This document shows, piece by piece, positions 54,569 through 64,000 of a stretch of DNA of 64,000 nucleotides; the stretch's first letter is position 1, and each line of letters begins with the position of its first letter. The stretch lies in the NCBI GenBank assembly GCA_021846565.1, contig JAJZWS010000010.1, positions 508-64,507 on the forward strand. The letters are read 5' to 3'. The stretch comes from Bacillota bacterium (GTDB lineage: Bacteria; Bacillota; Sulfobacillia; Sulfobacillales; JAIMBI01). The position numbers were made by a program, and so were the translations under genes. The notes beneath the pieces are model-generated. The model saw only the letters and a program-made list of their open reading frames with translations. It ran no database searches and had not been told where the DNA came from.

Positions 54569-54895
54569 CTAGAGCGGCAGGCAGGGATTTGGCGACCAGG
54601 TGCTCATGCCGGGTCCTCTGCCGCCGCGTAAGCCACGCCGGGCCGGCGCGCCGGCTGCCGGGCCGTCCGCAGGGTGAGACAGCTCAAGCCCAAGCCGGGC
54701 AGCGCTGCGGCGGGGGCCGCACCGCCGCCGGCCCCAGCGAGCCACCGGCGTCTCCCCCGTGGTGTCATACACGCGCCGGTGGTCGGGCTCTTCGAGCCCC
54801 ACGGCGAACCAGAGGTTGAGGTCGCCGAGCGAGGGGCTCAGGTCTCCGACCGTGCATTGGGTCCACGGCGGGGTCAGTCTGCAAGCAGAGCGAGT
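54569..54895 (-). pseudogene. Possible C-terminal fragment of an IS21/rve-type transposase
   Basis: The minus-strand frame reads ...[28 protein letters not shown]..., resembling the W-x(n)-R-x-H-x-TTG-x-x-P-x-x-R segment after the integrase core of IstA-like transposases. Nothing recognisable lies on either side. Confidence 0.2.
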
Positions 54896-55069
54896 TCCCG
54901 CGCGGCACCTCGCTCCGTCAAGCCTTTACGTGTCGTAGGAAGACGTCTACCATTTCCGGTAAGAGGCATGCTGTCTTGGACGCCTTGGGCGACAGCGGGA
55001 GGTGGTTTGGTGGCAACAAAGGTGGAGAAGGGACGACCAGCCGGACATCAATCCGGCTACGACCGGGAT

Positions 55070-57055
55070 ATGGAGACGCGCGCGGTGACGGCGATCCGGA
55101 TGCTCGCCATCGACGGGGTGGAGCAGGCCAACAGCGGACATCCGGGATTGCCGCTGGGGGCGGCGCCCATGGCGTACGCGCTGTGGAGCCGGTTTTTGCA
55201 CTTTGACCCGATTGACCCGGCGTGGCCCAACCGCGACCGGTTCGTGCTGTCGGCCGGGCATGGCTCCATGTTGCTATATGCGCTCCTGAACCTCACGGGC
55301 TACGACCTGCCGCGCGATGAACTGAAGCATTTTCGTCAGTGGGGCTCGAAGACGCCGGGCCACCCGGAGTACGGACTCACACCGGGCGTGGAGACGACGA
55401 CCGGTCCGTTGGGGCAGGGATTTGCCACCGGGGTGGGTATGGCCATGGGCCGACGGCTCCTCGCGACTGAATTGAACCGCGAGGGCTTCCCCATAGTAAA
55501 CTGGCGCGTCTTTGGCATCGTGTCGGACGGTGATCTCATGGAGGGCATCAGCTCGGAGGCGGCGTCGCTGGCGGGTCACCTGCAGCTGGGCCACCTGATT
55601 TATCTGTACGACGACAACCACATTTCCATTGAGGGCAACACAGAAATCGCCTTCACCGAAAACGTGGAGGCTCGATTCCAGGCCCTCGGATGGCACACCG
55701 TGGGTGTCGACGACGCCGAAGACCTGGATGCCATCAGCGCGGCGCTGGCCATCGCGATCGAGGACCCGCGTCCCTCGCTCGTCCGTGTGCGGACGCACAT
55801 TGGGTTCAAAGCGCCCCATGTCCAAGACAGTCCCAAGGCGCACGGCACCCCCTTGGGCGCTGAGGAAACCAAGCTCACGAAGGCCGCCTACGGCTGGACC
55901 GAACCGCCCTTCACCGTCCCCGGCGACGTGGAGCAGCACCTGCTGGATCTCGCGCAGCGGGGGAAAAGCACCCACGCCCAATGGACCGCGCTGTATCAGA
56001 AATACGGCGCTGCCCATCCCGAGGTGGCGCCCGTGGCTGAGAAGCTGTTCTGGGGACCTCACGTGATTCCCACCACCCCCGCGGAGCTGCCCGTGTGGCA
56101 CCACGGCGACAGCGTGGCCACGCGCACCGCTTCAGGCAAGGTGCTGGCGGCCGTCGCGGACGCGCCCGGCCTGGTGGGCGGTTCGGCGGATCTGGCTCCC
56201 TCCAACGACACGCGCGTCGATGCGTGGGGGGACTTCGAGCCCGGAGCGGTAGGCAAAAATCTGCACTTCGGGGTGCGCGAACACGCCATGGGTGCCGCCT
56301 TGAACGGCATGGCGCTCTCGGGGCTCCGGCCCTACGGCGGTACATTTCTTATCTTCTCCGACTACATGCGGCCCGCAATTCGACTGGCGGCCCTCATGCA
56401 TCTGCCGACGATTTATGTGTTCACGCACGACTCCATCGGACTGGGCGAGGACGGGCCCACCCATCAGCCGATCGAGCAACTGGCGGGCTTGCGAAGCGTG
56501 CCCGGCCTGTACGTGTTTCGCCCGGCCGATGCCAATGAGACCCGGGTGGCGTGGCAGGTGGCGTTGGCCCGGGAAGACGGGCCCGTGGCGCTCGCGCTCA
56601 CCCGCCAGAAGCTCCCCGCGCTGGACCCTGAGCGCTATCCCGTGCACCTGGCTGCCCGCGGCGGGTACGTCCTGCGCGAAGCCGCGTCGGGCCCCCCACG
56701 CGTGATTCTGTTGGCCACCGGTTCCGAGGTATCCCTGGTGCTGTCCGCCCAGGAGCGTCTGGAGGCGGCGGGCACACCCACGCGTGTCGTGAGTCTTCCC
56801 TGCTGGGAGCTGTTTCGGCGGGCGCCCAAAGCGTATCGGGACGAGGTGCTGCCGCCGGCCGTCACCGCCCGGGTGGCCGTCGAGGCCGCGAGCCCGCAGC
56901 CGTGGCACGAATGGGTGGGGCCCGACGGCGCGATTTTGGGCCTCGATCACTTTGGCGCGTCGGCTCCCTACGAGCGGATCTATGCCGAGTTTGGGCTCAC
57001 GGTGGAGCACGTGGTGCAGCTGGCACAACAAGTGACGTCAGGAGGCGAGGCATGA
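55070..57055 (+). CDS. tkt: Transketolase
   Basis: [46 protein letters not shown], and [20 protein letters not shown]. The start is uncertain: ATG 55070 has a weak SD, and GTG candidates lie upstream. Confidence 0.9.
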   Translation: METRAVTAIRMLAIDGVEQANSGHPGLPLGAAPMAYALWSRFLHFDPIDPAWPNRDRFVLSAGHGSMLLYALLNLTGYDLPRDELKHFRQWGSKTPGHPEYGLTPGVETTTGPLGQGFATGVGMAMGRRLLATELNREGFPIVNWRVFGIVSDGDLMEGISSEAASLAGHLQLGHLIYLYDDNHISIEGNTEIAFTENVEARFQALGWHTVGVDDAEDLDAISAALAIAIEDPRPSLVRVRTHIGFKAPHVQDSPKAHGTPLGAEETKLTKAAYGWTEPPFTVPGDVEQHLLDLAQRGKSTHAQWTALYQKYGAAHPEVAPVAEKLFWGPHVIPTTPAELPVWHHGDSVATRTASGKVLAAVADAPGLVGGSADLAPSNDTRVDAWGDFEPGAVGKNLHFGVREHAMGAALNGMALSGLRPYGGTFLIFSDYMRPAIRLAALMHLPTIYVFTHDSIGLGEDGPTHQPIEQLAGLRSVPGLYVFRPADANETRVAWQVALAREDGPVALALTRQKLPALDPERYPVHLAARGGYVLREAASGPPRVILLATGSEVSLVLSAQERLEAAGTPTRVVSLPCWELFRRAPKAYRDEVLPPAVTARVAVEAASPQPWHEWVGPDGAILGLDHFGASAPYERIYAEFGLTVEHVVQLAQQVTSGGEA

Positions 57056-58242
57056 GCAACTTCCCCGAGGGACCCGGGGCGGACGCGGCGGACAGCGCCG
57101 TCGAGCGTCTGGCCGGTCTGGGCCAAAGCATTTGGCTCGACTTCATCCGCCGCGACTGGCTCACGGACGGCCGCGTGGCGGGACTCATCGACCAGGGACT
57201 GCGGGGGATGACCTCCAACCCGACGATCTTTGAGCAGGCCATCGATTCAACCGAAGGCGGCGATGCGTACGAGGCAGCGCTGCGCGACCTGGCGCGCGAA
57301 GAGCCCTACGCCACAGTCCAGGAAGCCTACGACCGGCTGACCTGGGACGACATTCGCGTCGCGGCTGACCTGTTTCTGCCGCGCTACCAGGCTTTACACG
57401 CCGACGACGGCTATGTGAGCGTAGAGGTGTCCCCGCTGTTGGCGCGCGACACCGACGCCACCATCCGCGAGGCGCGGCGCATCTGGGACGCACTTGCTCG
57501 CCCCAACGTGATGATCAAGGTGCCGGCCACCCAGGCGGGGCTGCCCGCCATCACCACCTTGATCGCCGAGGGCATCAACGTCAACGTCACCCTGATTTTT
57601 TCGATTGAGCGCTACCGCGACGTGATGGACGCCTACATCGCAGGGCTGGCGCGGCGCCATCGGGCAGGAGGAGCGCTGGACCACGTGCGCTCGGTCGCGA
57701 GCTTCTTCGTGAGTCGGATGGACACGCTGGTCGACCGCCAATTGGACGCACGCGCCGCCGCGCACCCCAGTGAGGGCGAAGCCATTGCCCGCCTCCACGG
57801 CAAAGCTGCCGTGGCCAACGCTAAGTTGGCCTACCGGGCGTTTGCCGGCCGCCACCAGGCGGCCGACTTTGCCGCCCTGGCGGCGGCTGGCGCGCGGCGG
57901 CAGCGGCCGCTGTGGGCGTCCACCAGCACCAAAAACCCTGCCTATCCCGACCTCTTGTACGTCGACCCGCTCATCGGGCCCGACACGGTCAACACGGTGC
58001 CGCCCAAAACCTTGGACGCCATTCGGGATCATGTGCGGGTGGCACGGACCGTTGACCACGACGTGGACGCGGCGGCCCGCGACTTGGACGCCCTCTCGCA
58101 GCACGGGATCGACTTGAAGCAGGTGACGGACCAGCTGGAGAGTGAGGGCGTGGCGTCTTTTGACAAGTCGTTCGCCACCCTGATGGCGAGCCTGGAGGCC
58201 AAACTGAGTCAAATGACATCGACCCGAGGAGGTGTGCGGTGA
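57052..58242 (+). CDS. tal: Transaldolase (long, actinobacterial-type)
   Basis: [31 protein letters not shown] and MIKVPAT (Schiff-base Lys region). The ATG overlaps the tkt stop (ATGA). Confidence 0.9.
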   Translation: MSNFPEGPGADAADSAVERLAGLGQSIWLDFIRRDWLTDGRVAGLIDQGLRGMTSNPTIFEQAIDSTEGGDAYEAALRDLAREEPYATVQEAYDRLTWDDIRVAADLFLPRYQALHADDGYVSVEVSPLLARDTDATIREARRIWDALARPNVMIKVPATQAGLPAITTLIAEGINVNVTLIFSIERYRDVMDAYIAGLARRHRAGGALDHVRSVASFFVSRMDTLVDRQLDARAAAHPSEGEAIARLHGKAAVANAKLAYRAFAGRHQAADFAALAAAGARRQRPLWASTSTKNPAYPDLLYVDPLIGPDTVNTVPPKTLDAIRDHVRVARTVDHDVDAAARDLDALSQHGIDLKQVTDQLESEGVASFDKSFATLMASLEAKLSQMTSTRGGVR

Positions 58243-59906
58243 CCACGGTGGAGGCCAAGCTTTCGGGCATCGCCCGCGAATACGACCGGGCGGTGGCGCT
58301 CCTGACCGAGGAGCGGGCCCCCGAGCGCCTGCTGGCGCAGGATCCGAGTCTTTGGAGCCCACACCTTGAGGTCCAGGGACAAATTGGCCAAAGTCTGGGC
58401 TGGCTCAAGGCACCAGACACGCTGGCGCCGTTGTGGCCGGAGCTGGTGGCGTTTCGCCAATCCCTGCGGCAGGACGGTTTCACGCACGCGGTGCTGCTGG
58501 GCATGGGCGGCTCAAGCCTCATTTCGGTGGTGTGGACGGAGGTGTTCGCCCCCGGTCCCGAGGCGCTCACGCTTTCCGTGCTGGACTCGACCGACCCCGA
58601 AACGGTGGCCGAACTGCGAGACCGCCTGCCGCTCGCCCACACGGTATTCCTTGTGGCCTCAAAGTCCGGATCCACCACCGAACCCGACAACTTCGCCCGC
58701 TACTACTGGGCGGCCTTGGAGGTGGCCGGCATTGACCCCGGTTCCCACTTTGCCGCCATCACCGATCCCGGCACCCGGCTCGCGGAACAAGCCACCCGGG
58801 AGCAGTGGCGGCACGCGTTCCTCAATCCCTCCGACATCGGGGGCCGCTACTCGGCACTGTCGCTGTTTGGCTTGGTCCCCGCCGCGCTCTTGGACCTGGA
58901 CGGTGATGCGCTGCTGGCCTCTGCCCGTGCCATGCGGGACCAGATTGGCGCCACCGCCGGGCCGGACAACCCCGCCGTGGCGCTGGCGGCCTTTTTAGGG
59001 GGCGGCGTCGAAGCGGGACGCGACAAAGCCACTCTGCACGCGGTGGGTCGCCTCGGACCGGTGACGCTGTGGCTGGAGCAACTGCTGGCCGAGTCCACGG
59101 GTAAGAACGGCACCGGCGTGGTGCCCGTGTCGGAAGCTCACCTGGGGGCAGCGCGGGAATACGGCGGCGACCGCCTGCTGGTGACGCTCACACTGGCCGG
59201 GGACCCCGCGGATCCCGCCGCAGCCGGCCTGTCCTCCCTGCCCCAGCTGCATTTTCAGGTGACGGATCTAAACGACCTGGGCGGCGAGTTTCTTCGGTGG
59301 GAGGCGGCCACCGCGCTCACCGGGCGCGTGCTGGGCATCAATCCGTTTGACCAGCCCAACGTGCAGGAAAGCAAGGACAACACGCGGGACATGCTGGCGA
59401 TCCACGAGACTAAGGGGCGGCTGCCGGAGGTGGACGACGTCCCGCACCTCGGGGTGGAGAGCCCCGCGCTGTCCCCCTTGCTCCGGGCGTGGCTGGAAGA
59501 TGCCCATCCGGGGGAGTACGTGGCCGTGATGGCCTACGTGCCCGAACGGCCGGAGATTGCCGCCCGCTTCGATGCATTGCAGGGCGCGCTCCGGGCCCGC
59601 ACCGGTTTGGCTGTCACCGTGAGCTACGGCCCTCGCTTTCTCCATTCGACGGGCCAGTTGCACAAGGGTGGCCCCGCCAAGGGCCGCTTCCTGCAGCTCA
59701 TCGCCCCCGAGGAGCGCGTGGCGGCCGAACCCGTCCCTGGGCTTCCGTATAGCTTCAACGTCCTGATTGCCGCGCAGGCCAAGGGGGACTTGAAAGCTTT
59801 GTCGTCGCGCGGCCGGCCCGTGCTGGCCGTCAATCTGGGGGGTGACCCGCTCCTGGGGTTGGACCAGTTGTTGGCAGAGCTGGACCAATCGGGACAACGA
59901 TCCTAG
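58239..59906 (+). CDS. pgi: Glucose-6-phosphate isomerase
   Basis: LLGMGGSSL, VASKSGSTTEP, GGRYSALS and INPFDQPNVQESK. The GTG start overlaps the tal stop (GTGA). Confidence 0.85.
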   Translation: MTTVEAKLSGIAREYDRAVALLTEERAPERLLAQDPSLWSPHLEVQGQIGQSLGWLKAPDTLAPLWPELVAFRQSLRQDGFTHAVLLGMGGSSLISVVWTEVFAPGPEALTLSVLDSTDPETVAELRDRLPLAHTVFLVASKSGSTTEPDNFARYYWAALEVAGIDPGSHFAAITDPGTRLAEQATREQWRHAFLNPSDIGGRYSALSLFGLVPAALLDLDGDALLASARAMRDQIGATAGPDNPAVALAAFLGGGVEAGRDKATLHAVGRLGPVTLWLEQLLAESTGKNGTGVVPVSEAHLGAAREYGGDRLLVTLTLAGDPADPAAAGLSSLPQLHFQVTDLNDLGGEFLRWEAATALTGRVLGINPFDQPNVQESKDNTRDMLAIHETKGRLPEVDDVPHLGVESPALSPLLRAWLEDAHPGEYVAVMAYVPERPEIAARFDALQGALRARTGLAVTVSYGPRFLHSTGQLHKGGPAKGRFLQLIAPEERVAAEPVPGLPYSFNVLIAAQAKGDLKALSSRGRPVLAVNLGGDPLLGLDQLLAELDQSGQRS

Positions 59907-59953
59907 GGGCATCACGAACACGACACGCGTACGGCAAAGCAAGGAGGCAGACA

Positions 59954-60883
59954 ATGGCACTTGGACTGGTGGGACTTGGCCGCATGGGGGCCAACATGGT
60001 GGAACGGCTCCGCGAGGGAGGGCATGAGGTCACGGTGTGGGATCGGGACGCGGGCACCACGGCCCAGGTGGCGGAGCACACCGGGGCGGTGGCGGCCGCC
60101 TCGCTCGCGGATTTGGTTCAGCGCCTCCCGGCGCCGCGCCTGGTGTGGGTCATGGTACCGTCCGGGGACCCCACGGAAAGCACGATCCTGGCACTCCGAG
60201 ACCTGTTGGCCCCGGGCGACGTCCTGATCGATGGGGGCAACTCCAACTTCCGGGACTCCATGCGGCGGGGCGAGCTGCTTTCCGCCGCGGACATCGAAAT
60301 GGTGGACGCCGGCACCAGCGGCGGCATCTGGGGCCTCAAAAACGGCTACTGCTTGATGGTCGGCGGCAGCGACCGGGCGTATGGGCTGGTCGAGCCCTAC
60401 CTAAAGACGCTTGCCCCCGAGGGGGGCTTGTTGCACACCGGGCGCCTCGGCTCCGGCCACTTCGTCAAGATGGTGCACAACGGCGTCGAATACGGGATGC
60501 TGGCCGCCATTGGCGAAGGCTTTGAGGTGATGGAGGCCAGTCCCTTTGACCTAGACCTGCCGGCCATCGCCGAACTGTGGAACCACGGATCGGTCGTGAG
60601 CTCCTGGCTCATGGAGCTTTTGTCCGACGCGTATCGGAAAAATCCCGCGCTGAAAGGGCTGGCGGGTTACGTGGACGATTCCGGCGAGGGCCGTTGGACG
60701 GTGGCGGAAGCCATCGCCGAGAACGTGTTCACGCCGGTCATCGCCCTCTCGCTCTTGAGCCGCATTCGGTCCCGCCAGCCGGAGTCGTATGGCGCCAAGG
60801 TCATTGCCGCGCTCCGGAACGAATTTGGCGGGCATGCGATCCACCCCGAAGCCGAAACCGACAGCGGTCCCAGCACCAACTGA
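59954..60883 (+). CDS. gnd: 6-phosphogluconate dehydrogenase, decarboxylating (short ~300-aa type)
   Basis: [34 protein letters not shown] and [16 protein letters not shown] after CAAGGAGG. Confidence 0.85.
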   Translation: MALGLVGLGRMGANMVERLREGGHEVTVWDRDAGTTAQVAEHTGAVAAASLADLVQRLPAPRLVWVMVPSGDPTESTILALRDLLAPGDVLIDGGNSNFRDSMRRGELLSAADIEMVDAGTSGGIWGLKNGYCLMVGGSDRAYGLVEPYLKTLAPEGGLLHTGRLGSGHFVKMVHNGVEYGMLAAIGEGFEVMEASPFDLDLPAIAELWNHGSVVSSWLMELLSDAYRKNPALKGLAGYVDDSGEGRWTVAEAIAENVFTPVIALSLLSRIRSRQPESYGAKVIAALRNEFGGHAIHPEAETDSGPSTN

Positions 60884-60912
60884 GTCGCGACGTCACAAGG
60901 GGGAGTTTTCGG

Positions 60913-62445
60913 ATGGCAGTCGCCACCAATCCACTGCGCGCGGGCCTGGGTGCCGTGCGTCGGGCCGAGCCAGCCACACTGGTGATTTTCGGAGCCGGGG
61001 GGGACCTGACCCGGCGCAAGCTGTTTCCAGCGCTGTACAACCTGTCGGCGGACGGGCTGTTGCCCCCCAACCTGTCGGTCGTGGGATTTTCCCGCGGCGG
61101 CCAGGACGACGACGCGTTTCGGCGGGACATGCGCCGCGCGATGGGGCAGTTTTCGCGCCGCACGCCAGACCCCGACCTCATGGAGCGGATGCTGGCCCGC
61201 ACCGGCTTTATTGGGGCGGACTTTGACGACCCTTCGGCGTATCGGCAGCTGGCGGAGCGGCTCGACCGGATAGAAAAAGAAGCGGGCGCCGGCAAGAACC
61301 GCCTCTTTTATCTCGCCACCCCGCCGTTTGCGTACCCGGTGATTGCCAAGCGGCTGGGCGAGGCCGGGTTGAACACGCCCCCCGCCGGGGGTCATTTCGC
61401 GCGGCTGGTGGTCGAAAAGCCCTTCGGGCGGGACTTGGACAGCGCCGTGTCGCTGAACCGCGACCTGCACCAGGTGTTTGACGAGAACCAGATTTTTCGG
61501 CTGGATCACTATCTGGGCAAAGAGACCGTGCAAAACATCTTGGTGTTTCGGTTTGCCAACGGCATCTTTGAACCGTTGTGGAACCGGCAGTATGTCGACC
61601 ATGTGCAAATCACGGTGGCGGAAGCCATTGGGCTGGAGGGCCGTGGAGGGTACTACGACCGCGCCGGCGCCATCCGCGACATGATGCAGAACCACCTGAT
61701 GCAGTTGTTGTCGCTGGTGGCCATGGAGCCGCCCGTCTCCTTTGACGGCAACGCGGTCCGCGACGAAAAGGTGAAAGTGCTGCGGGCCATTCATCCCTTC
61801 ACGCCGGATCAGGTGGCCTCCGACGTGGTGCGTGCTCAATATGCGGCCGGCGTGGTGGACGGGCAACCGGTGCGAGGGTATCTCGAAGAACCCGACGTCG
61901 CGGCCGACACCGCCACGGAGACGTTTGTGGCCGCCAAGCTGTCTGTGGACAACTGGCGGTGGGGCGATGTCCCGTTTTATCTCCGCACCGGCAAGCGCCT
62001 GGCCAAGCGCGTCAGCGAAATTGCGATCCAGTTCCGTCGGGTGCCCCATCGCTTCTTCCAGGCGCTGGACATGCCGGAGATTGAGCCCAACGTGCTGGCG
62101 ATTCGCATCCAGCCGGACGAAGGCATCTCCCTGAAGTTTGGCACCAAGGTACCGGGTCCCGCCGTCCGCATTCGCGGGGTGCACATGGACTTTCAGTACG
62201 GCACCGCGTTTGAGGGGGCGTCTCCCGAGGCGTACGAACGCCTGTTGCTGGATTGCCTCACCGGCGACGCCACGCTGTTTGCCCGTGTTGACGAGGTGGA
62301 GTCGGCCTGGAAGCTCATCAACCCGATTCTGGACGAGTGGACCGAGGACCGCGTGCGGCCCGCTCTCTACGAGGCGGGGTCGTGGGGTCCCGAAGCGGCC
62401 ATGGCACTGTTGGAACGGGACCACCGTCGATGGCGGCGGCTGTAG
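60913..62445 (+). CDS. zwf: Glucose-6-phosphate 1-dehydrogenase
   Basis: [29 protein letters not shown] (active-site motif) and [13 protein letters not shown] after AAGGGGGAG. Confidence 0.9.
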   Translation: MAVATNPLRAGLGAVRRAEPATLVIFGAGGDLTRRKLFPALYNLSADGLLPPNLSVVGFSRGGQDDDAFRRDMRRAMGQFSRRTPDPDLMERMLARTGFIGADFDDPSAYRQLAERLDRIEKEAGAGKNRLFYLATPPFAYPVIAKRLGEAGLNTPPAGGHFARLVVEKPFGRDLDSAVSLNRDLHQVFDENQIFRLDHYLGKETVQNILVFRFANGIFEPLWNRQYVDHVQITVAEAIGLEGRGGYYDRAGAIRDMMQNHLMQLLSLVAMEPPVSFDGNAVRDEKVKVLRAIHPFTPDQVASDVVRAQYAAGVVDGQPVRGYLEEPDVAADTATETFVAAKLSVDNWRWGDVPFYLRTGKRLAKRVSEIAIQFRRVPHRFFQALDMPEIEPNVLAIRIQPDEGISLKFGTKVPGPAVRIRGVHMDFQYGTAFEGASPEAYERLLLDCLTGDATLFARVDEVESAWKLINPILDEWTEDRVRPALYEAGSWGPEAAMALLERDHRRWRRL

Positions 62446-62555
62446 GCGCTCCCGACGCGTTTGGCCCGGAGGCCCCCAGGTTCGGTTCGCCGCATCCGCG
62501 ACGAGCCCGGCCCGTTCCCGCAAGGCTCGCGAAATGCTCTCGAGGAGGTAATGGC

Positions 62556-63581
62556 GTGGCCAGCACCAAGTCTCGTGCGCACCTGGCTCCCGCCGCCATC
62601 GAGGCGGCCTGGACCGATCTGTGGTCTCGCCTGCATGCCGGACACGGAATGTTTGGGCGGGCCCACACACAAACGCTGGTGGTGCTGGCGCGCCAGCCCT
62701 CCAAAGCACTTGACGAAACCCTGGCGGCGGTCAGCCAGTCCCATCCCGGCCGGGTCGTCGTCCTGTACCTTTCGCCGCGAGCCGCCGGCACCGATGAGGT
62801 GACGCTGTGCGGCAACCCCGTGGCGGGTCTCGGCTCCGAGCTGGTATGCGTCACGGCCGATGCTCCGGTGGCGGAGCACTGGGCCGAGCTGGTGCTGCCG
62901 CTGCTGTTGCCGGATGTCCCGGTGTATCTGTTTGTAGCCGACCCCGATGTGCTGGACACGCCCGAACTGTCCGGCCTGGTGGACACCGTGGACCACGTGG
63001 TCCTGGACACAGCCACTTTAGAGCATCCCTGGGCCCCTTGGCGACCCATCTTTCAACACGAGGGGGACTTGGGCCTGTTGGACCTGGCCTGGATTCGGAC
63101 GGCCGGGTGGCGCGAGGCGCTGGCGGCCGTGTTCGATCCCGAGGCCTGCCTGGCCCTCCTGCCCACCCTGCAGTCGGTTGCCGTGGCCGGCAGCCACGCC
63201 GGCAGCGCCCACTGGCTGGCCGCGTGGCTGGCCAACCGCCTCGATTATCGTCCGGATTCCGGCTCGGCTGGCGCCCGGTGGGCTGCGCGCCGCCGGCCCC
63301 CGGTCGTGTTTGGGTTTGAGCGGCGGGCGCACGGCGGGCTGGACCGGATCACGCTGCGGTTCGAAGGTGCCGAGGCGGTGGTGCGCCACGGCGACGGCAC
63401 CGTGCGGGCCGAGGTGCATCAGGGAACCAGGCTCCTCGCCACCACCGAGCTTCCGCGCGTGGGTCCGGACACCGCCCCCCAGTTGTCGGCGGCTCTGGCC
63501 GAAGGGTTCGACCCCCTGTTTGCCGATGCATTTCGCTGGCTTGAGCTGGCGCACCCTGCGGCATCCGACGGTGCCCGGTGA
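62556..63581 (+). CDS. opcA: OpcA-like glucose-6-phosphate dehydrogenase assembly protein
   Basis: Position immediately after zwf. Pattern IEAAWTDLW...TQTLVVLA...GRVVVLYL...LLLPDVPVYLF.... GTG 7 nt after GAGGAGG. Confidence 0.75.
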   Translation: MASTKSRAHLAPAAIEAAWTDLWSRLHAGHGMFGRAHTQTLVVLARQPSKALDETLAAVSQSHPGRVVVLYLSPRAAGTDEVTLCGNPVAGLGSELVCVTADAPVAEHWAELVLPLLLPDVPVYLFVADPDVLDTPELSGLVDTVDHVVLDTATLEHPWAPWRPIFQHEGDLGLLDLAWIRTAGWREALAAVFDPEACLALLPTLQSVAVAGSHAGSAHWLAAWLANRLDYRPDSGSAGARWAARRRPPVVFGFERRAHGGLDRITLRFEGAEAVVRHGDGTVRAEVHQGTRLLATTELPRVGPDTAPQLSAALAEGFDPLFADAFRWLELAHPAASDGAR

Positions 63582-64000
63582 GGGGTCACGTGCTGGTGGT
63601 GGACGATGTCACCACCGCCGCCTTGGCGCTTTGGGTCGGCGTGGTGCGCCAGGCGGGCGGCCGACGGGTGTCTGTGGCGTTGTCGGGCGGCTCCACGCCT
63701 CTCGAGATGTTCTCGCGTCTGGGAGCGCCCGACATGGTCCGTCAGTGGCCCTGGGAGCAGCTGGTGCTGTTTTGGGGTGACGAGCGACCTGTGCCGCCGG
63801 ACCACCCGGACTCCAACTACGGGGCCGCGCGCGAGCGATGGTTGGACCGCGTCCCCCTGCCGGCCCGTCAGATTCACCCGTGGCCGACGGAGCTCGCGCC
63901 CGAGGCGGCGGCTCGCCAGTATGCGGCCACGCTCACCGCCGCAATGGGACCCGAGCCCGTGTTTGACCTGGTGTGGCTGGGGGTGGGGCCGGAAGGCCAC
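63578..64000 (+). CDS. pgl: 6-phosphogluconolactonase (partial, runs off the window)
   Basis: My own translation, as this ORF is not in the track because it is open-ended. It reads ...VSVALSGGSTPLEMF...LVLFWGDERPVPPDHPDSNY...VFDLVWLGVGPEGH. GTG 63578 overlaps the opcA stop; alternative GTG at 63590. Confidence 0.8.
   Translation, partial: MRGHVLVVDDVTTAALALWVGVVRQAGGRRVSVALSGGSTPLEMFSRLGAPDMVRQWPWEQLVLFWGDERPVPPDHPDSNYGAARERWLDRVPLPARQIHPWPTELAPEAAARQYAATLTAAMGPEPVFDLVWLGVGPEGH

Noticed and set aside
54674-55069. 132-aa N-terminal extension of the transketolase ORF
   Set aside because: The sequence is low-complexity (A/P/R/G). Transketolase homology begins only at about 55079.
60667-62709. 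680-aa minus-strand ORF
   Set aside because: It is exactly antisense to zwf, which has unmistakable G6PD motifs. The translation is low-complexity.
1-64000. Search for CRISPR arrays, rRNA, tRNA, long tandem or dispersed repeats
   Set aside because: I saw no spaced direct-repeat arrays, no rRNA-like conserved blocks and no cloverleaf candidates with a T-loop. A by-eye scan cannot exclude short dispersed repeats, so a computational repeat search would be needed.

Overview
GC-rich bacterial chromosomal segment. Third codon positions are mostly G/C, ribosome-binding sites are GGAGG-type, and start/stop overlaps of 1-4 nt (GTGA, ATGA, TGATG) are very frequent. I can support about 60 protein-coding genes, one cobalamin riboswitch, a few terminator-like hairpins and several decayed genes. 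I found no rRNA, tRNA or CRISPR array. Core content, left to right: (1) an ECF sigma / anti-sigma / ABC exporter operon and a cytochrome P450; (2) a branched-chain 2-oxoacid dehydrogenase E1alpha-E1beta-E2 operon; (3) assorted enzymes: M14 carboxypeptidase, HAD hydrolase, acyl-ACP desaturase, endonuclease IV, lipid kinase, GH1 beta-glucosidase; (4) a BlaI/M56 regulatory pair; (5) a B12-riboswitch-controlled BtuFCD-like importer with a DUF89 gene; (6) pirin, a FolC-like ligase and a cyclophilin; (7) many MFS transporters; (8) a seven-gene pentose-phosphate cluster, tkt-tal-pgi-gnd-zwf-opcA-pgl, running off the right edge. The most unusual items are: a rifampicin-phosphotransferase-like enzyme encoded as two polypeptides and fused operonically to MFS exporters (44.9-50.2 kb); a decayed accessory islet between the glucokinase gene and tkt, holding a multi-frameshifted gene, VapBC, a 31-bp perfect palindrome and a possible IS fragment; a 1.7-kb segment without convincing genes upstream of the riboswitch; and a sharply AT-rich patch inside a hypothetical membrane-protein gene. 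All calls rest on reading the supplied translations and the DNA by eye. Start codons were placed by hand using SD motifs and overlaps and may be off by some codons. No database search was run.
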